Source: Amoebidium appalachense | Taxonomy: Eukaryota; Protista; Ichthyosporea | Direction: 5' to 3' | NCBI GenBank assembly: GCA_963693365.1 | Contig: CAVNZM010000001.1 | Coordinates: forward strand, 15,743,840-15,807,839 | Length of the DNA: 64,000 bases | Part shown: piece after piece, positions 48,962 through 63,651 of the stretch | Position numbering within the stretch: the first letter of the stretch is position 1 | Layout of the letters: every line of letters starts with the position of its first letter | Position numbers and translations under genes: made by a program | The notes under the pieces: generated by a model | What the model was told of the DNA's origin: nothing | What the model saw: the letters and a program-made list of their open reading frames with translations, nothing else | Databases searched by the model: none

Positions 48962-50940
48962 GATGGTTTTCTCGTTCCCGTGGAAAAGGCTCAGAACTGC
49001 GTTCAATCAAAGGCCTTGTAGGAGAAAAAACAGCGGGGAGAGCCTGGGGTTGTTGGTGAAACGGGTGGTGGGAGACTTTGTTTTGAAGGCCTAACAAAAC
49101 GTGCAATGCAACGGAAAACTTGGAAATGCTCGCTGAACGTTCCCCTTTTCCTTTCCGCTTTTGCTTCGCCGGATCCCTCTATTTAACGTACCGACAAATG
49201 CCACTTACTTCAACCCAGCTTCTTGTAAATTGAATAATAAGTGGGGTCATAAGCCAACTGTGGTCAATATCTTAAACTAGGAGTGCCGTGGCCCCAGGTT
49301 GTGAAAACTTGGAACTGCGGACTGAAACACAAAAGGAAGCTTCGGGGGGAGCAAATCTTATCGAGACGCCCAGCATAAACGCTGCAAGCTTTTATGGAGC
49401 TGCAAATGAGCTCAGGAATCCACAAATTTCCCACGTGGAAGCTATGGAAGCATCTGTGCTAGACTTGATGCCAAAAATAGACCTACCAGAAACACAATAC
49501 ACGGGCCCTTGGAGAGATTCGGTGCTACTCTGCCAATATTGTACACATGACCGTATACGCGCGTATGTACGCGCGTGTTGTGCATGTATGTTCGTTATAA
49601 AAGTGTTTAAATGACGATATACATATAAAGAAAATGAGTTACGGTGTAGATGATTTAAATTTGTGCAGAGTGGTTGCCTTCGAATATGTAGTACTGAGGT
49701 GTGTGCAAGTGTTTGCCACTCAACCTTTCTGGCCCGTGACCCAGGCGTGTTGGCTGTCGAAGCCCTGAGATTTGAATGCACCAATAAGAACACAGCTACG
49801 TCTGATGATTGGTTATTACATTTTTACCCATATAAAGACAAATATGATGTATTATTATTCGTCCATAAACCTGGCTTCAAAGGCCAATGAGAAGGAATCC
49901 ATCTGCATTCCATCACTTCTTTTGTTTACATACATTGTTGAACTTGTCTCCCCACGCGGAAAAACGGAGCACGAGTCACGAACCATGGACCCGCGCTGAC
50001 AACTGGCCTATTTCAAAGCAACCTATTACATATCTATGTAAATATAATCTTTAATTTCATAATCATATTTGAGCATACAAGCTCTGTATCCACGTATATG
50101 TAAATTGTGCATATATGTGTGGAGCCTCCGAGTGGAGGTCGTTCAAACCACTTGAACAACATGTTTCTGCCCCTGGGGAGCACGTATAACGTTGATAATG
50201 CTAATTATTAAGCCACCGTGCACTTAATTATACTCGATGTCCACGTGAGAAGTCGTCGGTTTCGAATTCGCATTCCTGCTTGCTGATGGCACATGTGTGC
50301 GAGGCTCATGCGTACCCCGGGTCAGGACACACACACCAGATTCTAAATGATGCATAATGAGAAGCGTGAGCTAACTACATAACCCTGAAGTCAAACAAGC
50401 TGCCTTTCTAGTCCCCTCCATACTTGTCCGGTTTCTATTTCAAGTTTTGGTTTTACTGCTCAGTATGTATAGTGACCCCCAGAGTGAGATTCCATTACTT
50501 TTGCACGACCAGTACTAGTACTAGTTCGTTTTCATTAGGCATATGCATCCACAGCCATTTATCCTGCTGATGACACAAAGTTGGTCATCTTTGTTAAAAC
50601 CACGTCTCGAATTTGAATTCCTCGAACCAAGGCTACAATAAATCTAAACCTGTTAAAAGTACAAAAGACAGAAAGCAGGACTAGAAAGGGATGGGGAGAA
50701 CGGAATGCCACATGGTAATCCAAAAAGGAGCAACCGGCCTACAGGTTAGTGCTGTTTAGAAGGGGCTTCCTGAACCTTACTAAATTTCATTTCACATATA
50801 ACTGCAACAAAGCCCGTTAGCACCTGTGTTACCAACAGCCCTCTGTTCTTACTCGCCCTTGCAATAGCCTTGCTAGTGTCCGGGGCCCCGAACACATATT
50901 CTTTTAGAGCTCAAGCCACGGTGAGAAAGACTTTGATAAC

Positions 50941-52669
50941 ATGGCGCCTTACGGCGGGATATCCCAGGCAGAGTTCTACACAGTCAAGGTGTGTGTATGC
51001 TTTTCTCAAAAACTTCGCATTTATAACTGACTTACAGCAATACTTAGCTTAGATTCTTAGTTCTTAGCGTATATCATAAACAACAACTGTTACAACTATT
51101 GGGGGGGGGGGAGGGGACAGGGAGGGGAGGTGGGGGGTGGGGGGAGGGGGGTGCACGTGGGGGGGGGGAGAGGGGGAGTCGGTGGGTGCAGAGGGAATCG
51201 CGGCTGCAGTGGTGAGAGAGAGCTTGTGTCTGTGGAAGATAAAGTGGGTTGCGTATGAACACTCAAAAATGGGGGACACTCTATATTCACTTGCCACTGT
51301 AAAGTCACTTTCGGTCGACCCCATTCGTTTGAAGACCCAAAACACATCGGCTCCCTTCACCACGAATTTCTATTAGCGTGGCTTATTATAGGTAGCCTAT
51401 ATCGGCTTCAATTAAAATGTAGGAACGTGTATAGGTACATTAATACTATTCTGATGCAGGTACTAGTACCCTACTGCCTGCCAGTGGGGCTAAAAGGCAG
51501 AGTCAAATGGACGGTGGTAGTCTCTGTGAGGTGAAACGGGATAAAGACAAAAACTCAAGCTTACTCCCACAACTGCTTTGCTTTTTTTTTTTTCTTTTTT
51601 TTTTTTTTTTATAAAAAAAAAACACAGATTGTCTCGTTGGCCAGCCTGTCGCTCAGTCTGATTGGCTCGCTGTGGATTCTGCGCCACACCTTCCTGTTAT
51701 GGCGCCGCACCCCAACCACCTTAACCATCAAGCAATTTTTTCCGGCATTCATCGCCCTTTCCGACATATTCTTTGCTTTGGCAAGCATTCTTAACATCAC
51801 ATACACACTCATTGTTATCGATGTCGGAAGATTTCACGCTGTATGTGTTATGGGGGGTTTTTTCCTGACTTTTGCGGTGCAATGTACGGCCCTGTACCCC
51901 GCCATGGTGAGTGTGTACGTGTGGGGGGTGATCGGAAATAAACCTTCGCTGATGGTGTTCAACACGGTGAAAAAAATGTTGGCATTTGGGCTGGGGTTTC
52001 CCCTATTTCTGACCATCATCCCGTTTACATTCAACGGCTATGGAGAGTAAGTACCCCCCCCCCCCCCCCCCCCCCCCATCCCGCCTCCCCCATCCCTCAC
52101 CCCGTCGTTCCCTCCTCACTTTCTCCCCGCCCTTCTCCGCCAGCCCTTCCCCGGCAAAACGCACACATACACACCTCGTTCAACTGCTACGTCCACCTCA
52201 CTACACACCTACCTGCCCAATCAGTATTATACGTTGATATTTCCGTACGTCACACAAGGCCCCACTCGATGGCACCTGTCAAGTAGCATCCCCACTATAC
52301 TCACTTTTCACCACCACACTCGGTAGCATTTTGCAGAAGGCACTTCCATGGCCATAAAAGATGTATGGGATCAGCGTAAAAACCTACCTAAAATTTTGAA
52401 AGGAAAAAAGTGTTCTTGCCTATTTGCTCTAAATATCTGCTAGCAGCTCCTGTGACGGCTCACTATCTGCAAAAATCAGCCGCTCTCTGCTTCTTGGTGT
52501 CTTTTCAGTCTTCCCCCCCCCCCCCCCCCCCCCCTCCGCCTTCACCCTCCGGTACCCCTGTCTACCCCATTTTCAGGATCCAACACTGGATTGCCCTCGC
52601 CTACGTTTTTTTTGGTCGGTGTAATAGCTAAATTGTTCATGACCGACCACTCGTGCCTTCCCCCCCTCC

Positions 52670-52705
<36 letters not shown>

Positions 52706-52873
52706 CACCTCTTTTCTACCCTTCAGCTCTCCTCATCCCTCCCCTCTACCAGCCGCCCACCCCTCCCACGATTCTTTTCCTCCCTAACACATGCACACGT
52801 TTAGGGCCTTAATAATGTACAATAATACACTACTTATACTGTGCCCCCCGCCCCCCCCCTGCACGCATGCACG

Positions 52874-52922
<49 letters not shown>

Positions 52923-53654
52923 GCGGCGCACGCCACGCACACACACGCACGCACACAGTGCGGGCCTCTGGTGCAGTATTGGGGCCGACCAACCATCGTG
53001 GCTCTCCCTCGTCTACAACATTGGTCTCCTGGTGGTGTGCCTAATCGTATCTGCAATCTGCTACATGCTCACCACATGCCGATTGCACAGATCGGCCGAT
53101 TTCCGCAAAAAAATGAATGCATATACCCCAAATTTGCCAGCTAGCATGCAAAGGACGCAGGAAAGCGGCATGGTGGGCAACCAATCAATAATCGATGAAC
53201 CCAATCGGATTTCCGAATATGGTAATGAGCTTCGAATTTCAACGAGAAGGGATATGTCCGAGCTCAGCCAATCATCACCCACCATTTCCATTTCCGAAGG
53301 TTTGGCCGAAAGCCGTTCGGTTGACGGGGTGTCCTATGTGAAATTCTGGGATAGAGCCCCCCGGCGACGTTCGAGTCTTGGTGTGTGCTCCGAGCTACCC
53401 GAGCTGATGTGGGCGGGTGCTGTGGGTGCAGAGGTGCGGGGGTCTGATGCATGCACCAACAACACAGTTTCTACAACAGAGGTACGGCCCCACCTTTGGA
53501 AAAAAAAAAGAGGGGGGGGGAAGGGGGGGGGGGGGGGGGGGGGGGGAGGGGGACTTTAAGAAAAGTTTTCATCAAAAAAAAGGGGGGTGGGAGGGAAAAC
53601 TTTAAGAAACCTTTTCATCCCCACCGCCACTCCCTCCACACACAGGGACAGAAT

Positions 53655-53685
<31 letters not shown>

Positions 53686-54275
53686 TCCCCCCCCCCCCAA
53701 AAAAAAAAATGCATATGCACACACGCCCGGACACACGCACACACACACGCAGGCACGCGCAGGCACGCGCACACCATTCACCATCACCACCACCACCTTG
53801 CACGACTATTGGTCTTTCCTTTCCTATTCTTTTTTTTATTTTTTTTATATATATTTAAATGGGGGGGGGGGGGGGGGGGGGGGGGGGGAGGACGGGGAGC
53901 GGGTGGAAGGCAGAAACATTGAAGTTGGCTCTTTTCCAGGAGTTGATTGAGACAGCAATCCCCCTACACCCTATTCCGGCCAAGAAGACCCCCACCCAGC
54001 CCAAAGCCACCCTCCCAAAAACCCCCATCCCTCGAACTTCGGAGGAACGCCGCCTTCGCCGGCAGCGCCGCCTGGCCAACATCATGAATGGATTTGTGCT
54101 GATTTTTGTTGTTGAATGGGCCCCCTGGGCCGTGTACACCATTGTGCTGAGCCACGGTGTAAAATCCCCCCTGCCTCTGACCCTTGCATGCGTAATTTTG
54201 GCCAATAGTGCAGGGGTGCTCAACGCTGCATTCTACCGTGTGTTCTTGGCTAGGGCAAGGAAAATTGCTGGCTGA
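50941..54275 (+). CDS. 7TM GPCR-like protein, paralog B, ~441 aa, 4 exons
   Basis: Exons 50941-50988 (MAPYGGISQAEFYTVK), 51628-52046, 52959-53481 and 53940-54275. First three exon lengths (48/419/523) and intron phases are identical to paralog A; YGDAGLWCSI in ECL2. Confidence 0.85.
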
Positions 54276-55326
54276 TGGAGGGAAAAGTTGTTGGCTTCAA
54301 AATAGAAAGATGAAGATGTGAATTGCAGGGTTATGGTTGAGAGCTGATAGATTTACAGAGAACTTTTTTGGGGAGGAGGGGAAGGAGGGGGGGTTGCTGC
54401 TATTGTTTGACGTAGAACTCTTTTACATAGCTAGACATACTATAGAGTAGAGTAGAGTGTGAGATCGATTTCTGGAGTAATGGAAATATCCGTATTGGTA
54501 CTTGTGAGGGTCTGTGAGGGTAGACAGAGAATAAATAGCGCGACTAGTGTCAGGACGCGGCTTCGGGTAACCGTTGGGTCGAGGGTTTGAATTAGGTTGG
54601 GCAGAAGATGGATGTTTCCAAGTTCGAAGAGTGCCAGAGATAGGTGAGTGCATGTGTAACAGTTGTCTAGAGAAGAAATTTGGAGCGGTTTGGGGAGTTT
54701 ATCGCATACTAACCGTCAAATCTTTAATTGGCACACGTTGACTCCTCTCTGGAAAGTTTGATATTCATCTAATAATACATTCAACGATTGCAAAAAGGGT
54801 GCGAGTGGGATTTATTGCCCATCTTATATCCTGAAAATGAAAAAAAGAAAGGGGAAAAAAAGGAAGAAAACGAGGCAATATCATCAATGTGTTCATGATA
54901 TCATCGGATTCCAACTTACTATCCGGGAGAGAGAAAAGGGCAGGTGTTGTATCTCAATACTCTAATACGGATATTATTGTCTTTTAATGTCAAGAAAGAG
55001 ATAAGGGATAGGGGTGGAAAGAAGCCTCAGGTGAAAGGAGAAGGAGGGCACGGGGGGCGGGGCGGGGGAAGGGGGGGTGGGGGGGTTGGAGGGAAGCACG
55101 TGGAAGAGGGAACTGCGGGGGGAGGAGAGGGAAAGGGGAGTGGGAGCCCCGTGTGTGTGCTGTGTGTGTGCGTGTGTGTGTGTGTGTGTACACGTGTGCG
55201 TGTGTGTATGTGTGTATGTGTGTGTGTGCGCGCGCGTGTGCACGCGTGTTCGTGTGCGTGCCACAGAAAACGGATAGAACGAGTGTGCAACATGCAAGTC
55301 TCAGTTAACCTACGAAAGACCCAGGG

Positions 55327-55371
<45 letters not shown>

Positions 55372-56199
55372 CGGCCGGGCAGGAGCCTCAGTCACGGTGG
55401 TGTGTTGGAGGAGGTGGTGGCCGGGGGGGAGGCGGGGGGGGGAGGGGGGGGAGGGGGGAGGGGGGGGGGGAGGGGAGGGTAAGAGTGGGACGGAGGGGAA
55501 CACGTGTAGGTGTCTTAATATGTAGATTGCCCATTTTGTAAGCATTATGGGATAACTATGAAGTTCTGGATGGCATAACGGCGCAACTTCAAGTTTCACA
55601 TGTCCGATATCTGAGATGCAGGCAGAGCAGCTGGAGAAGGGGCCTAGCAGGGGAAGGGCGGAAGAGGGGCGGTGAAAAATTGCGAGGAAATCTGTTAAGG
55701 CTGTCTCGAAAACACCGGGTGAGAGTGAGTCATGTTCCTGCAACGTATCATGCTTTAAAATGAGAATGCTCCTCTGGCAGGCTACTCAGAGTCAGGTGTG
55801 AGTCCCAAAATCATCATTTGCCTGGGGGTGCCGCTACATCACGTCATAACGAATTATGCATACATCATTCGAGTGTTTTCAGTATCAAGTATACTGATAG
55901 CCCATTGTATAGCGTGACAAGTACAGAGTACAACCTTTACCCTCTCTCCTTGCCTCTGACTCGCGAGCGCTAGCCCGCCACGGCGGACTCAACAACACCC
56001 GAGGTTTCCAGAATGATTGCGTAATCGGCCATTATGAGGTAGTTACGGAATACTCTCATAAATACCGTTTTCAGAATTAGGGTCACCCATGTGCGACTCC
56101 TGAAAACTTGATTTACGCTGTTAGTAATCGGTATATATTTTCTGGTTTCTATTTTAGTCTCCACCAATCCGAGCGCACCAGGTTGGTGCAGCCCTCGGG

Positions 56200-56207
56200 T
56201 ATATAAA
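56200..56207 (+). promoter_or_regulatory. Putative TATA box of the pirin gene
   Basis: TATATAAA ~200 bp upstream of ATG 56405; CCAAT at ~56164. Confidence 0.5.
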
Positions 56208-56404
56208 GCCTCCTCGGCCCATCTCATTCACACTCGCACAAAAACAGGACTTTCCACCCTCCCAAACCTCATAACAACTTTCGTTGTCCATTATCTTTCT
56301 CCGCCAGGTCATTTAGCAATAAGCACTCTGTACAAATCGAAAAACTACACTACAAATTATCACCTTTATACTCTCTGTGCCACCGCACTTCATTTTCGGT
56401 TGCT

Positions 56405-57047
56405 ATGCTCCCATCTCTCGGTCGTCCCTTTTCGTTCCGCAGGATCCTCTTCCCCATCACTGGCCTATTTGCCAGCGTCGCAAAAGCCAGCCTATACACC
56501 GCTTCGAGCGAGCAAACACACATGTCTTTCCGCAAGGTTCCCGCCGAGACACTTTTCGTGTCGGAGCCCAACCCAGCGTGGTTTGGGAATGGACCCAACG
56601 AATCCACTAACAAGAATTGGAACAATTCAAACTGGCTGAAGTCTCGTTTTCACTTCTCCTTTGCCGAGTATCATGACCCACAACGTTCACAGTTTGGGGT
56701 GTTGCGCGTTATGAACGACGATTTGGTGCAGCCCAAGAGGGGATTTGGCACCCATCCACACAGCAACATGGAAATCGTTACCTACATCATCGATGGTCAC
56801 CTCACACACCAGGTGATCATCTCATCTCCCCTCGTTGCTCTCATCCCCCCCCCCCCCCCCCCCCCGCCCATGTCTCCCCCCGCCCTCCCCCCCCTTTACC
56901 ACACATACATACACGTTCTCACAGACAGGGCCTGAATACCCACACACCGCCATAAAAATGAAAGAAAAACTCACTTGCAGGTCATTGCAGTCTTCCCTGC
57001 CCTCCCTCCCTCAGGCCGCTGCCCTGCCCGCTGCCGATTCTTCCCCC

Positions 57048-57078
<31 letters not shown>

Positions 57079-57441
57079 ACCTCTCTCGATCCCCCCCCCC
57101 CCCCCCCCCCCCCCCCCGGCCCCCCGTTTCTCTCTCTTATCTCCTCCTGCACACACACCGAGCTCACAATGCGTGAACAAACCATCAGGATTTGCAAACA
57201 CACACCTATGGGCAAACTAGCATCAGCAGGTGGTGCAGTGTCGTGTTTAGAAGCGTGTTTACAACAGTACTAACCCGAATGTCTCCCCCCTCCCCCCTCC
57301 CCTTCCCCCTCACCCCTCTTCCTTCTCCTTCTCCTTCCCCCCACTCCGTCTACCCCACCTCCTCCGTTTTTCTACCCCCTTTATCTCCCTCCCTCCTACT
57401 CCTCATACCATACCCTCGCTCCTTCCTCCCCCTTTCCTCCC

Positions 57442-57489
<48 letters not shown>

Positions 57490-58339
57490 ACCTCCTTTTT
57501 TTCTCTCCTGTTGAAACATCACCAAAATTCAGGACTCGATGGGCACAAAAGAGACACTCGACCGAGGGTCCATCCAGTTTATGACCGCTGGCACGGGGGT
57601 GATGCATTCCGAACACAATTTGCACGACAAAGACCCCCTCCGTTTTATCCAAATATGGATAACCCCCAGATCTCGTGGCCTTAACCCCAACTATGGAAGC
57701 ATGTTGGGGGATGAGTCCGTGCGTAAGAACAAGTGGGCGCATCTTGTGTCGGATGTGAAGGACACCACCCCGACCCCTGTTAAGATCAACCAGGATGCGA
57801 ACATTTTCGTTACCGAGTTGGACCCGAAAGCCACTGTTGATTTGCTGATTAAACCAAAGAGGATGGTGAATGCCTCCTCCCCCCCCCCCCCCCATCCCCC
57901 CAACCCCCCCTTATGCATACATCAACCCCCCCCCCCCCCCTCCCGCCCCCTTATCCCTCCCCTCCCCTGCCGTTCTTCCTTCCCCCTCCCCCCCTCGCCT
58001 CCTCTTCGTCCCCTGTCCGGGCATCATATACACATGCATGCTCCTTAAAGTGTGTACACACACGTGTACACAAGCGAACAAGCAAATCCGTCTTTTAGAA
58101 GAACACACACGCACTTCTAGAGATGCTTATGAGTCGCCTCCCCCCCCCCCCCCCCCCACCCCCTCCCCCTCCCACACACACATACGAAAAAATGGGGGAA
58201 GAAGTGCCTTTGTAGGGGGGTTTGTGGGGGGGGGGGGAGGGGGGGGGGGGGGGGATGGGGATTACCATGGAACCATTTTTGACAATACTGACCTGCGCAC
58301 CCACACATACTCTTATCCCCAAACACATGCACACACACA

Positions 58340-58382
<43 letters not shown>

Positions 58383-58575
58383 GCGCGCGCACACACACAC
58401 ACACGTACAGGCCTATCTGCTGTGCATGGAGGGCTCTGCGCTTGTTGCCGGGGCACACGGAGACGAGTCGATGAGCAGGCACGATGGTGGCCGTGTAATC
58501 GGTGAAAACAATCTCACGATTACTGCAAAGGAAAAGGCACATTTCTTGGTGGTGGAGATGGAAAAACGTGCTTAA
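56405..58575 (+). CDS. Pirin-family bicupin (YhhW/quercetinase-like), ~301 aa, 3 exons
   Basis: Exons 56405-56812, 57533-57865 and 58411-58575, all phase 0. WLKSRFHFSFAEYHDP, FGVLRVMNDDLVQP, GFGTHPHSNMEIVTY, HQDSMG, QFMTAGTGVMHSEHN, FIQIWI and INQDA are pirin signatures, including the His/His/His/Glu metal ligands. Confidence 0.93.
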
Positions 58576-58930
58576 ATTAAGCTTGCAATGTCTTAAAGAT
58601 CATTATGCGAGAATGTGTAGGAAACTTTTCATTATGCTCTGGTATCAAAATACGTATCGGCAGATTATGTTATTTCGATCCTGTATGCTAAGCTGTCGAT
58701 GCCGTTTTTAGGCTCACCTATTAACCATGTAGTTATTTGCTTATTTTACTAGTCTCTAAAGAAACCAAATACTTTGCTGATATATATCAATTTACATGGG
58801 AGGCCTCTGCCCAGTGCGGCCATTTAATCTTTTAAGTTGCAAATTCTTAATAATTACGCTTTAGTATAGTGTTGCCTCGTATATAGCTATGGCATACTGC
58901 AGTTACTTTAGTCCCACATGTTGCATTTGC

Positions 58931-58968
<38 letters not shown>

Positions 58969-59656
58969 CGGTTAAATTTGGCTCTGTTATGATGCATGAT
59001 ATTTACCCTTCACGTGTGCCTGGCACTCGAGGACGCACGGCCACAAGTTTCAGCCGTCATGAATGTGTACCTTTTAGCGTCTGCTAGAGCCACAGAAGCG
59101 AAGGGTGGTGCATGAGTACCGGTTCGATGGACAAGATATGAAGCGTTTGTGAGCTGAGGTTCGATACTCGGTGGATTTTAATGCACACCTAGGTACGTAG
59201 GGTTGTGTTTATTCAATAGTCATAGCAAGTAATAATTAGTCAGCTGCACACCGCCGGGGATGGTGTTTTGTGTGGGTGGTGTGAGAGGTCCTCCCCCGGT
59301 CGGGACCATCGGGCCGGGTGACCTGTCCAGTGGCAGTACTAGTGAGATAATTTGAAGATCTGACACCTTCCAGCTAAGTGGAAGTCCCAGCCAACATGAG
59401 ACTGGGGACTTGAGGACTTTGCAGTATGCCATGTGTATGTACATGTATGTATTCAACTTTTCCTTTTCAAATTCCCCAGTAAGAAAGGGCGGAGGTCTAG
59501 GAAAACGATATCAGTAACAAAATACATCCAACACGACATACATTATGCTCCACACGAGGCAAATAAATGTGCAGGGCTCTGGCAGATGTACAAGTCCGTG
59601 TGTGTATGTGTGTGTGTGTAGGTGTATGCGTGCGGGCGCGCGTGTGTGTGGGTGGG

Positions 59657-59696
<40 letters not shown>

Positions 59697-60836
59697 GAAG
59701 GGAGGGAGGAGGCTCGATGCTGCAAAGAGCTTTTACTCAAATTCAAGGGAGGAAGAGCCCAACCAGTGGGCCCAACTCAAGGGGTCGCCGCTGCACATGC
59801 CAGATATGGTTAGACACGAAGCACATTCATTGGTGAATGGCTCCCTGTTTGGCTTGTAGCTAGTCTACAGTCCTTCTTGTCTGGAAGTACACACGCGCAC
59901 AAGCAGTACAAAGATATGTGCATGAACAACTGCACACATACACGCGCTGAGAGACATAGGAAACACACGCAGGAAGAGATACGGGGTCATGACAAGGGTA
60001 CACATATACACGGGGAGATGTATGTACTTGTGTATGCCCCAATGCCTTTTCTACAGACAAACAAGATGAGTAAACGTAATTGAGATGCAAAATGCAAAAT
60101 GCTTTGCTCCAGTGGTGGCGACATGCACAAGGCAAAGACGGAAAAAAAAGAACTGATGCACGAAAAAGGAGAGTGCGAGAGCATTGCAAGAAAAAAAAAA
60201 CGTTGCATACGTAAGCTGCCTGGCAAAGGAAAAGAAACATTCAGTGCAAGTGGGTGGGTTGTCTCCCTGTGTCGTGTGCAGGCTCTTGACTTGTTGCAAC
60301 TTGTTCCAGGTATCATCATTTCTCTGCGAAAAAGGACGTTATTTTGGGGATGTATTACTTCAAGTATGCTTGCTCTGTGTGTATACATGCATGGGTGCAT
60401 GCATATGTGGTTGTACCTCGTGTGTATTTCCCTCTGTCACATTTCCCCCTCTCTGTCACCTGCTCCCCGTACGTGAGTCATGGGTCCGCAAAATGGTTCT
60501 TGGGAGAGCAAGCAGGAACGTGGGTAAGGAGTTTTCACTACGGGCAATAATCCAATGCAATCGTCTTAACCATGCAAGCACTGTACGTGCACAAGGTTAC
60601 CCCTAAAGATGCGGATTTGTGGTTGTGGCATGTCCAAAAAAAGAAAAAAATTCGTGCAGGGAGGAGGGTGAGAATCACATCAACAGATGGTTTACACGGC
60701 CTAAATTTTGCATGGGGTGTTTGTGAGATGGTGCAGGCAGCGCATGTGTGTCTGGCTATTTGCTTGTGTGTGTGTGTTTTCTTTTTTTTTTTTGTGTGTG
60801 TGTGTGTGTGTGTTGTGTGTGTGCACGCGCGTGTGG

Positions 60837-60904
<68 letters not shown>

Positions 60905-60974
60905 GGCGTGCGTGTATATCTCAACAGCTATGCAAGTGCATGTGCATGTGTATTTATTGGGGTTCATCATACTC

Positions 60975-61462
60975 GAGAGCACCAGCTTTATGTTTGACTT
61001 CTGCATTTGTGTTGGTGGCTGGGCCAGGGCCTTTGTTGGGTCGTAGCTCAGCTCGTCCACCCCTTCCTCCCCGTCCAGCCCCCTGCACCATCGTTCAACC
61101 CCCCTATCCTGCCAGATATAGATCCCCCCCCCCCCCCCCCCCCCCCTCCTCCCCCCTGCATGCAGAACCGTGTATTCGGTTTAGGCATGGCATATGTACT
61201 GTAAGGATCTCCCCCCCCACCCCCCCCCCACCCCCCCCCACCCCCCCCTCTTTCTCTCTCTCTCCACCCCCGTGTCTCTCCCTTCCATCCTCCCCTTCAC
61301 CATCCCCCCCCCCCTCCCCCCCCCCCCCTCCCTCTCGTATGCAGATCCCCCCCCTCCCCCCCCCCTCCGTACACAGGAAAGGTCCAAACACAAGCAGCCG
61401 TCACCTATCTCCACTTAAAATTACCGGTACAACATCCTTCTTTCTTCTACTGTATTTCATAC

Positions 61463-61501
<39 letters not shown>

Positions 61502-62357
61502 CCCCTCTCCCCCCCCCCACCCCCTCTCCTTTTCCCTTTCCCACACATATGCTCATGTGGGGGTAAGTACGGGAACGAGTCGACGGCTCCGTCCAGCTCT
61601 GCTGTGGCCTCCAGGTCGGCAGGCAGGTCAGAGTCAAGCACGTCGGCCTCATTCATCATCACCTCCCTGCAAGAGCACACACACGTACACACACACGTAC
61701 ACGTTACACACACACACGTACACGTTACACACACGTACACGTTACACACACGTACACACACGTACACACACACGTACACGTACACACACGTACACACACA
61801 CGTACACGATACACACACACGTACACGTTACACACACACGTACACACACACGTACACGTTACACACACACGTACACACACACGTACACGTTACACACACA
61901 CGATACACACCACACAAAGGCGCACATATGCCGCAAATACAGGCACAAGCGCAGGTACATGCACACACACATGAAAGCAGTCACAGGGACACACACGAAC
62001 ACACATGAAGCCACAAGCACAAGCATACACACATTCACAGGCCAAACACAGCCTCAGCCACAGCCACATGCGCAGGCACGCACACATCAACATGCACACG
62101 CACGGGAACACACACACACACCATAAAAGTAATAAAACAGGAGCAGCATAGGTATGCTTGGTGTCGTCAAAACACCCACCCAAGAGACATCATCCAAACA
62201 TATACATTCCCACACACACCCACACCACACATGACATGCAAAAATAAGCACAAATTTGTGCAGTGAGCAAGCGCATCTCTAGGTGCAAATGCAAAACTTT
62301 AGGGGCAAATAAGGCCACAATCGATAATGGTAAAAAAACATGTCCACGTTGTTGTTG

Positions 62358-62426
<69 letters not shown>

Positions 62427-62534
62427 GACATAAACATGCAGCCACACACCCACCACCCACAAACATAAATGCACAGAAAAAAACCCACATGTGCACACAC
62501 GCAAACACATGCACGTTCAAGCACACACAATAAA

Positions 62535-62589
<55 letters not shown>

Positions 62590-63141
62590 GCGCGCGCACA
62601 CACAGCACGCGCACACACATACACAGTACGTGCACACACACACACACACACACCACCACACACACAGGCACACACAGACACACACACACACCCACCCATC
62701 GGCACACACACACGCAAACACACGTAAAACACACACGCGCACACACACACACACGGACACACACAAACACACAACACGCACAAAACACATACATTCCGCA
62801 AAACAAACACAACACACATCACATAGGGTCAGTAACAATCACCACTTATTTAACCCCGCTCTAACCCTCTACCTGCCAACCCAAATCAACACACGTCATC
62901 TGAGTAATCCCACACACCCATATCCGGTGTGTCATACCAATCGCACCAAATGTTATGTCACCCCCACACCGTTGCCTCTATCATGCAGCATTCAGCCAGA
63001 CACACAGACACCCTGATAAGAAACCGTTCAATCACCACATGTGTCACATGTACTTGTCTTCCTAGTCAAAAGCTGGCAAACCCCCCCCCTCCTCCTCGCC
63101 CCGGTCACCCACTCTCCTTTCCTCCCCCCGTTTCTTGGTGT

Positions 63142-63172
<31 letters not shown>

Positions 63173-63651
63173 GGGGTTTGTATGTCCGGGGGGGGGGGGG
63201 GGGGGGGGGGGTTGTATGTCTGAGAGGGTTGGAATCATGGAAGCGGAGACATCAAAAGACAAAACACACACACAAAAAAATGGAGGCACAAGACACCCGA
63301 ACTGAGCCCATCACCAAAGATCATAAGGAGGGGGGAAGGGGGAGAGGGGGGGGGGGGGGGGGGGGGGGGGGAAGGGGGGGGGGGGGGGGGATGGCAGCAC
63401 ACACAAACATACGCACCTCTTCATAGCCTCGAGCGCAGCGTCCAAGTCATCCGTTGCATCAATCGAATCCACCCCCACTCCATTCTCCACCCCTCCCTCC
63501 CCATGTGCCTGTGCACCTCCCGGAGACGCGCCCGGCAGCGGGGTTGTAGGCATAGGCATCTCAAGTTCGTGTGATTCGTGGGTGGTGTGGGGGGCAGAGG
63601 CAACGAGTGATTGCTGGGCTTCACTGCTCTGACGTACCTCACCCTTGATGT
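60975..63651 (-). CDS. Partial multi-exon gene, unknown acidic low-complexity protein (5' end outside the window; 3' end unresolved)
   Basis: Phase-consistent exons 63651-63417 ([15 protein letters not shown]...[12 protein letters not shown]), 61666-61571 ([32 protein letters not shown]) and 61082-~60975 ([33 protein letters not shown]). Confidence 0.6.
61678..61905. repeat. Intronic compound minisatellite (cacacacgtacacgtta-type units)
   Basis: Repeated acgtac/acgtta motifs embedded in CA runs. Confidence 0.85.

Noticed and set aside
49288-49999. Short ORFs between the two GPCR paralogs
   Set aside because: No domain signal or codon bias; likely promoter/intergenic DNA.
55027-55743. 238-aa minus-strand ORF
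   Set aside because: Mostly repeat-derived; the unique first ~80 aa has no recognisable homology.
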